A stretch of 64,000 nucleotides of DNA from assembly GCA_903916765.1 (NCBI GenBank), contig CAIWXV010000102.1, positions 3,506 to 67,505 on the forward strand. The letters run 5' to 3'. The first letter of the stretch is position 1; every line of letters begins with the position of its first letter. Shown here piece after piece: positions 1-8,660 of this stretch. Under the pieces are notes generated by a model, which saw only the letters and a list, made by a program, of their open reading frames with translations, did no database searches and was not told the DNA's origin. The DNA comes from an uncultured Dehalococcoidia bacterium (GTDB lineage Bacteria; Chloroflexota; Dehalococcoidia; Dehalococcoidales; Fen-1064). The position numbers and the translations under genes are program-made.

Positions 1-24
1 TACCGGCGAATCACATGTTTTTGA

Positions 25-55
25 GGAGCGGATGAAAGTCCACTCCTTTGTTTTT
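25..55 (+). terminator. Rho-independent terminator of a + strand gene that lies upstream of the window
   Basis: Hairpin GGAGCGGA-TGAAAG-TCCACTCC (25-46, one C.A mismatch, GAAA-type loop) is followed directly by TTTGTTTTT (47-55). Confidence 0.45.
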
Positions 56-57
56 CT

Positions 58-165
58 ATACCGACGAAAGTCGGGATACAGCAGACATTTGTCAGGATAG
101 GAGATCCCGGAGAGGAAGGGTGAAACCCTTCCTCTCGTATACTTCCTCGCCCTATTAGTGCGAGG
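58..165 (+). other. Cluster of three further stable hairpins in the radA upstream region, class unknown
   Basis: ATACCGAC-GAAA-GTCGGGAT (58-77). GAGAGGAAGGG-TGAAA-CCCTTCCTCTC (110-136, 11 perfect bp). CCTCGC-N9-GCGAGG (145-165). None is followed by a T-run. Confidence 0.3.
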
Positions 166-288
166 TCAGGATTGAGTAGTTGCTCAGTCAAAAGTTTGGG
201 ATTCATAATTGGACTTTCAATTTAATACAAGTAGTACCAATGACAGTGTCCTCTTGCTTAATTCCCCAAAATCCAGTAAAGTCAAACC

Positions 289-1647
289 ATGGGAAAATCC
301 AGAACGGTTTACATCTGCCAGCAGTGTGGTAAGGAAAGCCTGAAATGGTTGGGGCGCTGTCCCAATTGTCAGGAGTGGAATAGCTTTCTCGAACAGGTGG
401 TTGTGGATAAGGTAAGCCACTCCCATGCAACTATGAGTAATAGCCGACCGGCGGAACTATCTCAGGTGACAATCGAAACCACGGAGCGATTTCCTATTCC
501 GATTGATGAATTTAATCGCGTGCTGGGTGGTGGAATTGTCCCCGGTTCGCTCGTATTAATCGGCGGTGAACCCGGTATCGGCAAATCGACCTTGTTATTG
601 CAAGCCTCTGCTCTCTTGGCAAAATTGCACGGTAAAGTTGTCTACGTTTCCGGTGAGGAAACTCCGAATCAAATCAAAATCAGAGCAAAGCGACTCGGCA
701 TCGAGGGGGATGGGCTGTATCTGCTCGCCGAGACGGATATCGATGCCATTCTGAGTCATGCCGAGGAATTACAACCCTCTTTGCTGGTCATCGATTCCAT
801 CCAGACGGCTCATGTGCCAGAAGACGATGGTATTCCGGGCAGTATTACTCAGGTGCGGCAGTCGGCACAGCGATTAATGAGTTGGGCAAAATCCAGTGGT
901 GTGCCGGTTTTCATTACCGGACATGTTACTAAAGATGGTGCTATTGCCGGACCACGCGTGCTGGAGCATATTGTCGATGTTGTTTTGTATCTGGAAGGCG
1001 AACAGTTCAGCGCTTACCGCCTGCTCCGTTGTGTTAAAAATCGTTTCGGTAGCACCAATGAAATCGGTGTTTTTGAGATGAAAGGGAAGGGTTTGATCGA
1101 AGTTGAGAACCCGTCGCTGGCATTTCTTTCGCAGAGGCAAGACGAAGCGGTCGGTTCGGTGGTAGTGCCGGTGATTGAGGGTAGCCGACCTCTACTAGTG
1201 GAGATTCAGGCATTGACCAATGCTACCAGCTTCGGTATGCCGCGACGCACTGCCAACGGTGTCGATTTCAATCGATTGTTAATGATTACGGCAGTGCTGA
1301 CACGCAGGTTAGGTTTGAAATTAGGTAATCAGGATATTATGGTCAATGTCACCGGCGGTCTGAAAATCGACGAACCGGCGGCTGATTTAGGGATTGCCTT
1401 GGCGATTGCCTCCAGTTTCCGTGATATCAGTGCCGACCGCGGACTGACAGCAGTGGGTGAAATCGGCTTGAGCGGTGAGCTTCGTTCCGTGCCTCAGCTG
1501 GAACGTCGTGTGGCAGAAGCTGCACGGTTGGGCTTCAAACGCATTCTAACGCCAAAAGCGGGCGGTATAATCACCCCGTCGAAAGATATAGTGGTTCTGG
1601 CTTTCGGCAGTCTTCGAGAGGCAGTGGAGAGGGGGTTGCAACCTTAA
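289..1647 (+). CDS. radA: DNA repair protein RadA/Sms
   Basis: 452 aa. N-terminal zinc finger CQQCGKESLKWLGRCPNC, Walker A GEPGIGKST, KNRFG motif and a Lon-protease-like C-terminal domain. Confidence 0.95.
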   Translation: MGKSRTVYICQQCGKESLKWLGRCPNCQEWNSFLEQVVVDKVSHSHATMSNSRPAELSQVTIETTERFPIPIDEFNRVLGGGIVPGSLVLIGGEPGIGKSTLLLQASALLAKLHGKVVYVSGEETPNQIKIRAKRLGIEGDGLYLLAETDIDAILSHAEELQPSLLVIDSIQTAHVPEDDGIPGSITQVRQSAQRLMSWAKSSGVPVFITGHVTKDGAIAGPRVLEHIVDVVLYLEGEQFSAYRLLRCVKNRFGSTNEIGVFEMKGKGLIEVENPSLAFLSQRQDEAVGSVVVPVIEGSRPLLVEIQALTNATSFGMPRRTANGVDFNRLLMITAVLTRRLGLKLGNQDIMVNVTGGLKIDEPAADLGIALAIASSFRDISADRGLTAVGEIGLSGELRSVPQLERRVAEAARLGFKRILTPKAGGIITPSKDIVVLAFGSLREAVERGLQP

Positions 1648-1668
1648 AGGCGGGTGGGGTGGCAGAGT

Positions 1669-1851
1669 ATGAAATTAAAAATCGTAATCGGAATAGGTGC
1701 TCTTATTGTTGGATTAGTCGGCGGGTATGGCATCGGTTATTTTCAATATACCCCTAAAATCAATGACCTGACGGCACAGGTTGTCGGACTCACTGAGGAT
1801 GTTACGGAACTTACAACGCAGGTAACAAACCTCACCGATGAGAATTCGTAA
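1669..1851 (+). CDS. Membrane-anchored coiled-coil protein. The reading frame continues in phase past its TAA to 1992.
   Basis: ATG 1669 lies after GGTGGGG. One TM helix (IVIGIGALIVGLVGGYGIGYF) is followed by T/Q/N/L-rich heptad-like sequence. The 47 in-frame codons after the TAA (1849-1851) have the same character. Confidence 0.55.
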   Translation: MKLKIVIGIGALIVGLVGGYGIGYFQYTPKINDLTAQVVGLTEDVTELTTQVTNLTDENS

Positions 1852-2057
1852 TTAAACGATACAATTACAAATCAAACCAACCAAATCTCGAATCTGGAAT
1901 TGGAAAAGGCGGACTTGCAGTCGGACCTTGTTGCGGCTCAGGAAAGTATTGTCTCTTACAAATCACAGGTAGCCAGTTTAACGCAACAGTAGTTCAGGTG
2001 CTTATCAACCCGGTAGGGATGGAGGAGAGAGGGATTGGGGTAAAAATCACCCCTGGG

Positions 2058-2459
2058 TTATTTTATCCCGTGACTAGCGATTGCCCAACTCTTAATCCCG
2101 CCCCTTTCTCTGTATTCCGCTTCTACGGTCATTGAAAGTGGTTTTACCAGCTTCACAAGGTCTTTCAGAATGCGGTTGACGGCATGCTCCTGAATGATAC
2201 CGACGTTGCGGTAAGAGGTCAAGTAGTATTTCAGCGATTTCAATTCTATTAAGGACTCTTTAGGGATATAGCGAACGGTCAGCTTGCCGAAATCCGGTAA
2301 GCCTGTCCATGGGCAGACACAGGTAAATTCTTCAGTTTCATAGACTACTTCAGTCGCCGTACCGGCATAATCGAAGGAAATTTTCTCCAATACGGCAACA
2401 TCGATGGATGATTCCTTCTGGATGTCAAATCTTTTTTCAGTATATTTATCCTTTTTCAT
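2058..2459 (-). CDS. queF: NADPH-dependent 7-cyano-7-deazaguanine (preQ0) reductase, unimodular type
   Basis: Catalytic Cys context TCVCPWTGLPDF and QueF motif ELKSLKYYL. ATG 2459 is preferred over TTG 2489 because 2474-2489 belongs to a repeated intergenic element. Confidence 0.85.
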   Translation of the reverse strand: MKKDKYTEKRFDIQKESSIDVAVLEKISFDYAGTATEVVYETEEFTCVCPWTGLPDFGKLTVRYIPKESLIELKSLKYYLTSYRNVGIIQEHAVNRILKDLVKLVKPLSMTVEAEYRERGGIKSWAIASHGIK

Positions 2460-2473
2460 AGCAACATCATAAC

Positions 2474-2549
2474 GGAAATAGAGACTCAAGACAACTGTCG
2501 TCCTGAACCCCGATGGAATCGGGGTGAATGGATATCGGAGGGGTGTGGG
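2474..2549 (-). repeat. Copy X of a roughly 70-nt intergenic element, carrying an inserted 19-nt hairpin at 2507-2525
   Basis: Read on the minus strand: CCGATATCC ... GTTCAGGACGACA ... TCTATTTCC, colinear with the copy at 3955-4026. Confidence 0.5.
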
Positions 2550-2620
2550 ACTCTGGATTCCGTATCAAGTACGGAATGGTAATACAATCACAAATATCCC
2601 AAATTGGAACACGGCAATTT

Positions 2621-3901
2621 TTAGACTTGTTTCTCGATATAGTGTTCCCTCAGGGTATTCAACGCAGCGAAGAATTCCTTCTGCATAACGCACACCGTAT
2701 ACATACCCTTCGGAGTTACCTCAATCTGCTCGTTATCCTTGTTGGACTTGACCAGTCCGAAAGTCTTGAAGAATTTTAGCTCCCACCATAATTTGTGATT
2801 GGCATCCTCATTAAAGCGCTGGCGGAATTTCTGTGGGTCGAGAGACATACCAAAGAGCTTGGTCAGCATGTAATATCTCAGGTGCTCACGCTCCGAGAGG
2901 TGACGCCAGCTGACAATCGGTAATTTACCTGCTGATATTAGCTCATCATACTTTTCCAGTGAAAAAGTATTGACGTAAAAATCGCCGTTCAGAAATCCCA
3001 CAGAACCCGCCCCCACACCGACATAATCGTCATAATCAATGATATATTCGTCGATGAGACGGCTACCGCGAGAGAAGCACCAGGCGGTAGAGGCTTTATA
3101 ACCACCTCTGTAAAGTTCTCGTAAAATAACTTCATAAAAATCTTTCTCGCGGGAGGTCTCCACTTCGCCGAATCGCCTTTCCAAACGGCTTTTCTTATGT
3201 GGCGAGGGCATCAATGGATAAAAGGTTGCCTGGTCTATCCCCAGCTCTTGGAAGGTAGCGACGTCTTTTTCGAATTGTGCAACCGTTTGCATCGGGAAAT
3301 TGAAGATGAAATCGGCGTTAACGGTATCGAATTGACCCTGTGCCATTTTTAGCTTTTCTTTGGCTTCCTCACCGCTACCGACTAATCTGCCCATTGCCTT
3401 CAAAAGGTCATTATCAAAACTCTGTACTCCGATGGATAGGCGGTTGACTCCGGCTTTTTTCAAGGCGGCAATCACCTCCGGAGTGATTTCACGGTGTGTG
3501 GTTTCCATCGAGATTTGTCTGACATTAAAATTCTTCTTCAGGAAATCGATAAATCCCAGTAATTCGTCCATTAGGACAGTCGGTGTGCCACCGCCGAAAT
3601 AGAAATCGGAGAAGCGAAAGCCCCGCTGAATATAAAACTCCACTTCTTTTCTCAGGTTGATAAAATAGTGTCGCGCTTTAGCTTCATCCAGAAGATAGCG
3701 ATTAAAACAGCAGAAAGGGCATAGTGTCCGGCAAAACGGAATATGAATATACAGGGATGCCCAGTCGTCACGTCCAACTTTAGCCTGCGGTACTGCCGGT
3801 TCGGAGAATTGGGGATTGAGTTGCAGAAATTTTCTGCCTTCCCGGCGTGTTACCCAACAGGCAAAACGAGCGGCACTTGTGGAGAATGTGTTATCAGTCA
3901 T
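2621..3901 (-). CDS. Radical SAM protein, HemN/HemW-like (oxygen-independent coproporphyrinogen oxidase family)
   Basis: 426 aa. CxxxCxxC cluster motif in IPFCRTLCPFCCF. Length and layout are HemN-like. Confidence 0.8.
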   Translation of the reverse strand: MTDNTFSTSAARFACWVTRREGRKFLQLNPQFSEPAVPQAKVGRDDWASLYIHIPFCRTLCPFCCFNRYLLDEAKARHYFINLRKEVEFYIQRGFRFSDFYFGGGTPTVLMDELLGFIDFLKKNFNVRQISMETTHREITPEVIAALKKAGVNRLSIGVQSFDNDLLKAMGRLVGSGEEAKEKLKMAQGQFDTVNADFIFNFPMQTVAQFEKDVATFQELGIDQATFYPLMPSPHKKSRLERRFGEVETSREKDFYEVILRELYRGGYKASTAWCFSRGSRLIDEYIIDYDDYVGVGAGSVGFLNGDFYVNTFSLEKYDELISAGKLPIVSWRHLSEREHLRYYMLTKLFGMSLDPQKFRQRFNEDANHKLWWELKFFKTFGLVKSNKDNEQIEVTPKGMYTVCVMQKEFFAALNTLREHYIEKQV

Positions 3902-3954
3902 ATTTCAGTTCTTTTGAGTCATTGCAAGGTTACGAAGTACCCGAAGCAATCTCA

Positions 3955-4026
3955 GGGAGGTGGGGGTGTTCTCCTCACCCCGATATCCTTCACTCACGTT
4001 CAGGATGACATTCTACTATCTATTTC
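3955..4026 (+). repeat. Copy Y of the same roughly 70-nt element, inverted relative to copy X
   Basis: Plus strand reads CCCGATATCC (3979-3988) ... GTTCAGGATGACA (3998-4010) ... TCTATTTCT (4019-4027). Confidence 0.5.
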
Positions 4027-5669
4027 TTCCACTTCCAGATTGCCCCTTGCGGAGTATCCTCAAGCACTATGCCCATTTCAAATAGCTTATTACGGATTTC
4101 ATCGGCAATTTTAAATTGTCTATTTTGACGTATTTCTTTCCTAATGTTTACCAAGGATTCAGTGCTTGCGGTTGATGATTTAGCATAATTTTCTAAATTC
4201 TCGACGATGTCACTGTAATTCTTGTTATTTAAATGAGCGATAATAGCGTTTAGCGAAGCTGTATTACTTATAGTTGCATTTTTAAATTGAATAATAGTGA
4301 CGGATTCATTATCTTTTAACACCGAGTCGAATGATTTTAACAAATCATTTCGTATAAAACTATTTGTTTGCAATTGTGGTAACACAGATTCAATTCTCTT
4401 CGCCATTTCTACGTACTTTTTTTCCGAAACTAGGTGTTTAGCTTCTTCAAGTAGCTCTTGCTCAGAAGAATTCCCATCTTCTTTGAGTGTTAACCCCAGC
4501 ACTCCTGCTAGTTCCTGAAGTGTCTGTCTTGCATCACTAGCATTAGCTCCCTTCTCGGCAGCTTTATTGATTTCTTTTGCCAGGTCGAAAAGTACGGCGA
4601 TTGCCTGTGGAGTATTAAAATCATCGTCCATTACTTCGGTGAATTTCTGACGGAAGGGTTGTGCATCGAGTTTTCCATTAGTTTTTCCTTGAGCAGTTCC
4701 ATTTTTTAGTGCCTGAGTCAATCTCTCCGCACCGCGCTCCGCCGCTTCGATTGCCTCTTCGGACAGAGTCAGCGGATTACGATAGTGCGAGCCCAGTATA
4801 AAGAGACGGAAGCCGTCAGCACTGTGTTTTTCGAATACCTGTTTAATGCTGATGAAAGTGCCCGATGACTTACTCATCTTTGCCTCGCCGAGTTGAAAAA
4901 GTCCATTATGCATCCAGAAGCGGGCAAAAGGTTTTTTACCGGTAAAACATTCGGATTGAGCGATTTCGTTTTCATGGTGTGGGAAAATCAAGTCCTGTCC
5001 GCCACCATGAATATCGATGGTTTCCCCGAGGTATTTCAATGACATCGCACTACACTCGATATGCCAGCCGGGTCTGCCTTTTCCCCAGGGACTATCCCAT
5101 GCAGGCTCACCGGGTTTTGCCGCTTTCCACAGGGCAAAGTCCATCGGGTCCTCTTTTTCTTCAACTGGTTCGATACGTGCGCCTGCCATCATCGAATCTA
5201 ATGTACGCTTCGATAGTTTGCCATAGTCGGGCATGCTACGAACACGGAAATAAACGCTCCCTTTGGCAGGGTAAGCATGTTCCTTCTTTACTAATCCTTG
5301 GATAACCTCGAGCATTTTCGGGATTTCCTCAGTGGCGTACGGCACGATGTCCGGTCGGAGTACATTCAAAACTACCATATCTTCGAAGTAGCGGTTGGTG
5401 TATTTCTCTGCCAGTTCGCGAGGAGTGATACCCAGTTTATTTGCGCGGTCGATGATTTTATCTTCGATGTCGGTGATATTCTGCACATATTTGACTTTGT
5501 AACCGCGGAAGATGAGGTAACGTCTTACCGTATCGAAAACGACAGCGTTCATGGCATGTCCCAAATGCGATTCATCGTAAGGTGTCACACCGCAGACATA
5601 TATCTTTACCTCATCACTGAAGGGCTTAAACTCTTCTTTTTGGGCGGAAAGGGTGTTGTAGATTTTCAT
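4020..5669 (-). CDS. cysS: Cysteine--tRNA ligase with an unusually long insertion before the C-terminal helix
   Basis: Class I signatures HLGHA and KMSKS. C-terminal ...FKIADEIRNKLFEMGIVLEDTPQG. It is 549 aa versus about 460-480 aa typical. Confidence 0.95.
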   Translation of the reverse strand: MKIYNTLSAQKEEFKPFSDEVKIYVCGVTPYDESHLGHAMNAVVFDTVRRYLIFRGYKVKYVQNITDIEDKIIDRANKLGITPRELAEKYTNRYFEDMVVLNVLRPDIVPYATEEIPKMLEVIQGLVKKEHAYPAKGSVYFRVRSMPDYGKLSKRTLDSMMAGARIEPVEEKEDPMDFALWKAAKPGEPAWDSPWGKGRPGWHIECSAMSLKYLGETIDIHGGGQDLIFPHHENEIAQSECFTGKKPFARFWMHNGLFQLGEAKMSKSSGTFISIKQVFEKHSADGFRLFILGSHYRNPLTLSEEAIEAAERGAERLTQALKNGTAQGKTNGKLDAQPFRQKFTEVMDDDFNTPQAIAVLFDLAKEINKAAEKGANASDARQTLQELAGVLGLTLKEDGNSSEQELLEEAKHLVSEKKYVEMAKRIESVLPQLQTNSFIRNDLLKSFDSVLKDNESVTIIQFKNATISNTASLNAIIAHLNNKNYSDIVENLENYAKSSTASTESLVNIRKEIRQNRQFKIADEIRNKLFEMGIVLEDTPQGAIWKWKK

Positions 5670-5681
5670 GCATTGGATCCT

Positions 5682-6158
5682 TTAATTCACCTTTTGAACT
5701 GAGGCGATGGCGAGTGTGGCGATTGCCTCTTCATTACCGAGAGCACCTACCTGATTCGCAGTACTCGCCTTGACACTCACCTGACCGATTGGGATTCCGA
5801 GGGTTTGATGTAATTGCTCCCGCATCCGGTCGATGTATTCCCTCAATTTAGGCTTTTCTGCAATAACCGTAGCGTCGATATTATTTATCTGCCAACCATT
5901 TGCGGTCAGTTTGTTTTTTATTTCACTCAATAGCTTCAAACTACTAATGTTCTTGTATTCCGGTTTGCCGGTTGGGAAGTGCATTCCGATATCTCCCATT
6001 GCCGTAGCGCCGAGTAGCGCATCGATGATGGCGTGGGTCAGGGCGTCGGCATCGCTCCAGCCGTCCAGCCCGCGCTCGAATGGTATCTCAACGCCGCCAA
6101 GCACTAATTTACGCCCCTTGGCAAGCGGGTGAATGTCGAACCCAATACCAAACTGCAT
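5682..6158 (-). CDS. ispF: 2-C-methyl-D-erythritol 2,4-cyclodiphosphate synthase
   Basis: 158 aa. FGIGFDIH, SDADALTHAIIDALLGA and GDIGMHFP motifs. Confidence 0.95.
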   Translation of the reverse strand: MQFGIGFDIHPLAKGRKLVLGGVEIPFERGLDGWSDADALTHAIIDALLGATAMGDIGMHFPTGKPEYKNISSLKLLSEIKNKLTANGWQINNIDATVIAEKPKLREYIDRMREQLHQTLGIPIGQVSVKASTANQVGALGNEEAIATLAIASVQKVN

Positions 6159-6848
6159 CTATGCCTTTTGCCTCTTCAAGAGCGTCTCAGCTATTGCCAT
6201 ATCGGCAGGCGTGGTTATCTTAATATTATCATAAGCACCTGTATAGAGCTTAACTTTCCCGCCGATCAGTTCTATTAACTGAGCATCATCCGTAACGTCT
6301 TCATTTTCTTCCTGATAAGCTTTCATTAATAGGTCGTATTGAAAGAACTGTGGGGTCTGTACCATCCACAGGCTTTCTCGGGGGAGTGTCCATAGAGTGA
6401 TCATTTCTTTGTGAGCCAGTTTAATGGTATCCGTAGCGGGAATAGCAGCGATGGCGGCGCCGGTTTCTTTAACCGCTTTCAATCCTCTTTCGATTAAATC
6501 TTCGGTTACCAGAGGGCGGGCGCCATCGTGAATTACTACGTAGTCGCAAACGCCGAGTTGTTTTAACCCCTTCAGTACTGAATCCTGGCGGCGTCTCCCG
6601 CCGATGCAGACGGCTACTTCTTTTTCCCAATTCTGAGCGACGATTAGTTCTTTCCCTTCATCGTAATTTCGTCCGTTAAGCACTACAACGATACGGTCGA
6701 TAGACGGACATTCCACAAAAGGTTGTAGGACTCGCAAAAGAACAGGTTGACCCGCCAGAGGGGCAAAGATTTTATCGACATTCCCCATTCTCTGACTTCT
6801 GCCGGCCCCGACAATAACTGCCCCGACTTCTTGTTCTACATCTGTCAT
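6159..6848 (-). CDS. ispD: 2-C-methyl-D-erythritol 4-phosphate cytidylyltransferase
   Basis: VIVGAGRSQRMG and VVIHDGARPLV motifs. ATG 6848 has a GGAG 9 nt upstream, while ATG 6884 has no SD. It abuts ispF with no gap. Confidence 0.9.
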   Translation of the reverse strand: MTDVEQEVGAVIVGAGRSQRMGNVDKIFAPLAGQPVLLRVLQPFVECPSIDRIVVVLNGRNYDEGKELIVAQNWEKEVAVCIGGRRRQDSVLKGLKQLGVCDYVVIHDGARPLVTEDLIERGLKAVKETGAAIAAIPATDTIKLAHKEMITLWTLPRESLWMVQTPQFFQYDLLMKAYQEENEDVTDDAQLIELIGGKVKLYTGAYDNIKITTPADMAIAETLLKRQKA

Positions 6849-6928
6849 TTGGATACTCCGGATTGACTGCCTTGAGTTTAGCATATTTGGACGTGATTGA
6901 AAAATCTATCCGATATGGGATAGACCTT

Positions 6929-7642
6929 CTACTTCACCACCGTATGAATCGCCGTCGCCCCGAAAAGAAACCTCTTCGCAGAGAATTTACTGAACCCCGT
7001 TTTTATCAATAAATCGCCCAGTTCTTCTACATCATAAAATCTCCGCGTGGATTCTGATAGATAAGTATAAGCAGGCTTATTCCCTGAGAGTAGAGAACCT
7101 GTCCAGCGGACGATTGTGCGTAAATAAAGATGGTCCAGTTTGCGAATTAATGGATTCGGTGGTTGACTGGATTCCACGATAACGAACCGGCCACCCGGTT
7201 TAAGCACTCGTAATATCTCTGCGAGATAGCGTTGTGTTAACGGATTTTTATAGGTCAGATTGCGAAAAGCAAACGAAATACCGATGCAATCGAAATCTCC
7301 ATCGGGGAAGGGTAAATCATTTACGTCACCTTGTATAAAGGTGAGTCGCTCTTTAAGTTGGAGATGACGAGCCTTTTCTTTGGCTTTCTCCAGCATGGGC
7401 TGACTATAATCCAGTCCTATAACTGTTGTGTCATGAGCAGCAAGATTTGCCAATTTGATTGTCAGGTCGCCGGTACCGCAACACAGGTCTAAAATCTTCA
7501 GCGGATGTGTTTTAAGACAGGTTCGAGCGGCTTCGAGACGCCACTTTCTATCCAATCCCCATGTGAAAATGCAATTAATAAGGTCGTACGTACCGGGGAC
7601 GGCAGTAAAGATATCGTAAAGCGGTTTTTTCTCAGTAACCAA
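6929..7642 (-). CDS. Class I SAM-dependent methyltransferase, UbiE/MenG (demethylmenaquinone methyltransferase) family
   Basis: 237 aa. SAM-binding motif ILDLCCGTGD and UbiE-like overall pattern. TTG start. Confidence 0.8.
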   Translation of the reverse strand: MVTEKKPLYDIFTAVPGTYDLINCIFTWGLDRKWRLEAARTCLKTHPLKILDLCCGTGDLTIKLANLAAHDTTVIGLDYSQPMLEKAKEKARHLQLKERLTFIQGDVNDLPFPDGDFDCIGISFAFRNLTYKNPLTQRYLAEILRVLKPGGRFVIVESSQPPNPLIRKLDHLYLRTIVRWTGSLLSGNKPAYTYLSESTRRFYDVEELGDLLIKTGFSKFSAKRFLFGATAIHTVVK

Positions 7643-7656
7643 AAGCCGGTACCTGC

Positions 7657-8565
7657 CTAAAATACTCCTCCGAGTATGAACCCTATGCCAATCAGCAATT
7701 GTGTCAGCAGAACTACAAAAACGTTTTTTGCTTGTGCTGGCACGAATTTGCTGATATCGTCGTATTTAAACGCACCTTCAATTGCGCTGAATGCTAGAGG
7801 GAATGTCAGCAATCCGAGCAGGGTGAAAACAGGCATATCCCCGCTGAGTACTGTGGCAATAATCCACAGGTAAACGACTGCCATCATTACCGAGTAGAAA
7901 ATAGCGGTTTTTTTCTTGCCGATGGTCATAGGTAAAGTATGGCGGTTAGCTGTGCGGTCGGCTTCGACATCCGGAAACTCGTTTAATAATAACAAATTAT
8001 GTACCAGAATTCCCGAAGGAATTGAGGCAATCAAAGCTGAAATCGTATATTCGCTAGTGTGAATGAAATAAGCCCCTAGAATTGGCAAAATTCCCAGACC
8101 CAATCCTGCCGCCGACTCCGGATATCCCATCTTGAGAATAAAAGGTGTGTAGAGCATGATGCAACCGATTGCAACTACCAATAACGGCAGGAGAAGCCAG
8201 CCTGTGACAACTGTAAAGAATACACCGATAGGTATGATGATTATTAAATTTATAATTCCAAGCCATAAAGCCTGTTTGGGAGTGACCATCCCGGAAGGAA
8301 GCGCTCCGCTACCACCGCTGAAAGGCGTTTTCTGCGTTTTTAAGTCTATTTTACTCCGATAATCGAAGTATTCATTCCAGACATTGACACTGATATGAGC
8401 GACAATCAATCCGAACCCAGCCAGAAATGCATAACCCAGATTGAAATTGCCTCCGAATTCACGCGATTCGTACCAGGCAATACTGGCACCTAAAAATCCC
8501 AGTATTAATGCCAGAAGCAAAAAAGGTGCTCTGACTATCATCATAAAGCCTTTAAACTTCATCAT
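7657..8565 (-). CDS. UbiA-family aromatic prenyltransferase (MenA-like)
   Basis: 302 aa, polytopic. Asp-rich motifs NEYFDYRSKID and NEFPDVEADR. Confidence 0.8.
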   Translation of the reverse strand: MMKFKGFMMIVRAPFLLLALILGFLGASIAWYESREFGGNFNLGYAFLAGFGLIVAHISVNVWNEYFDYRSKIDLKTQKTPFSGGSGALPSGMVTPKQALWLGIINLIIIIPIGVFFTVVTGWLLLPLLVVAIGCIMLYTPFILKMGYPESAAGLGLGILPILGAYFIHTSEYTISALIASIPSGILVHNLLLLNEFPDVEADRTANRHTLPMTIGKKKTAIFYSVMMAVVYLWIIATVLSGDMPVFTLLGLLTFPLAFSAIEGAFKYDDISKFVPAQAKNVFVVLLTQLLIGIGFILGGVF

Positions 8566-8660
8566 TTATCTCCTGCTTGACCGAATAACGAATGTCAGGT
8601 TTTTAATCACAGCAATATCGTCATCGGCCGGGTCAAAAGCGGTAGTCGAGATATTACATG

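Noticed and set aside
31-46. GATGAAAGTCCACTCC resembles the RNase P RNA P4 motif GAGGAAAGTCC
   Set aside because: Here the motif is the loop and 3' arm of a simple hairpin followed by a T-run. Only about 240 nt remain before radA, too short for the rest of an RNase P RNA, and no ACAGAAyCCGGCTTA-type 3' P4 strand is present.
91-125. GTCAGGATAGGAGATCCCGGAGAGGAAGGG looks superficially like the SRP RNA domain IV (GGTCAGGTCCGGAAGGAAGCAGCC)
   Set aside because: There is no CC-GNRA-GG tetraloop context and no AGCAGC symmetric-loop sequence. The similarity is purine-rich coincidence.
402-410. Perfect DnaA box TGTGGATAA
   Set aside because: It is a single box inside the radA coding sequence, with no cluster, no AT-rich unwinding element and no dnaA/dnaN nearby.
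1849-1851. Possible genome-wide TAA reassignment explaining the in-frame stop
   Set aside because: TAA terminates many well-supported genes in the window at the expected protein ends (for example radA at 1645-1647, efp, and the P-loop gene at 25761-25763).
2490-2620. preQ1 riboswitch upstream of queF
   Set aside because: Two hairpins are present, but neither has the preQ1-I or preQ1-II loop or an A-rich tail consensus. The region is better explained by the repeated element shared with 3955-4026.
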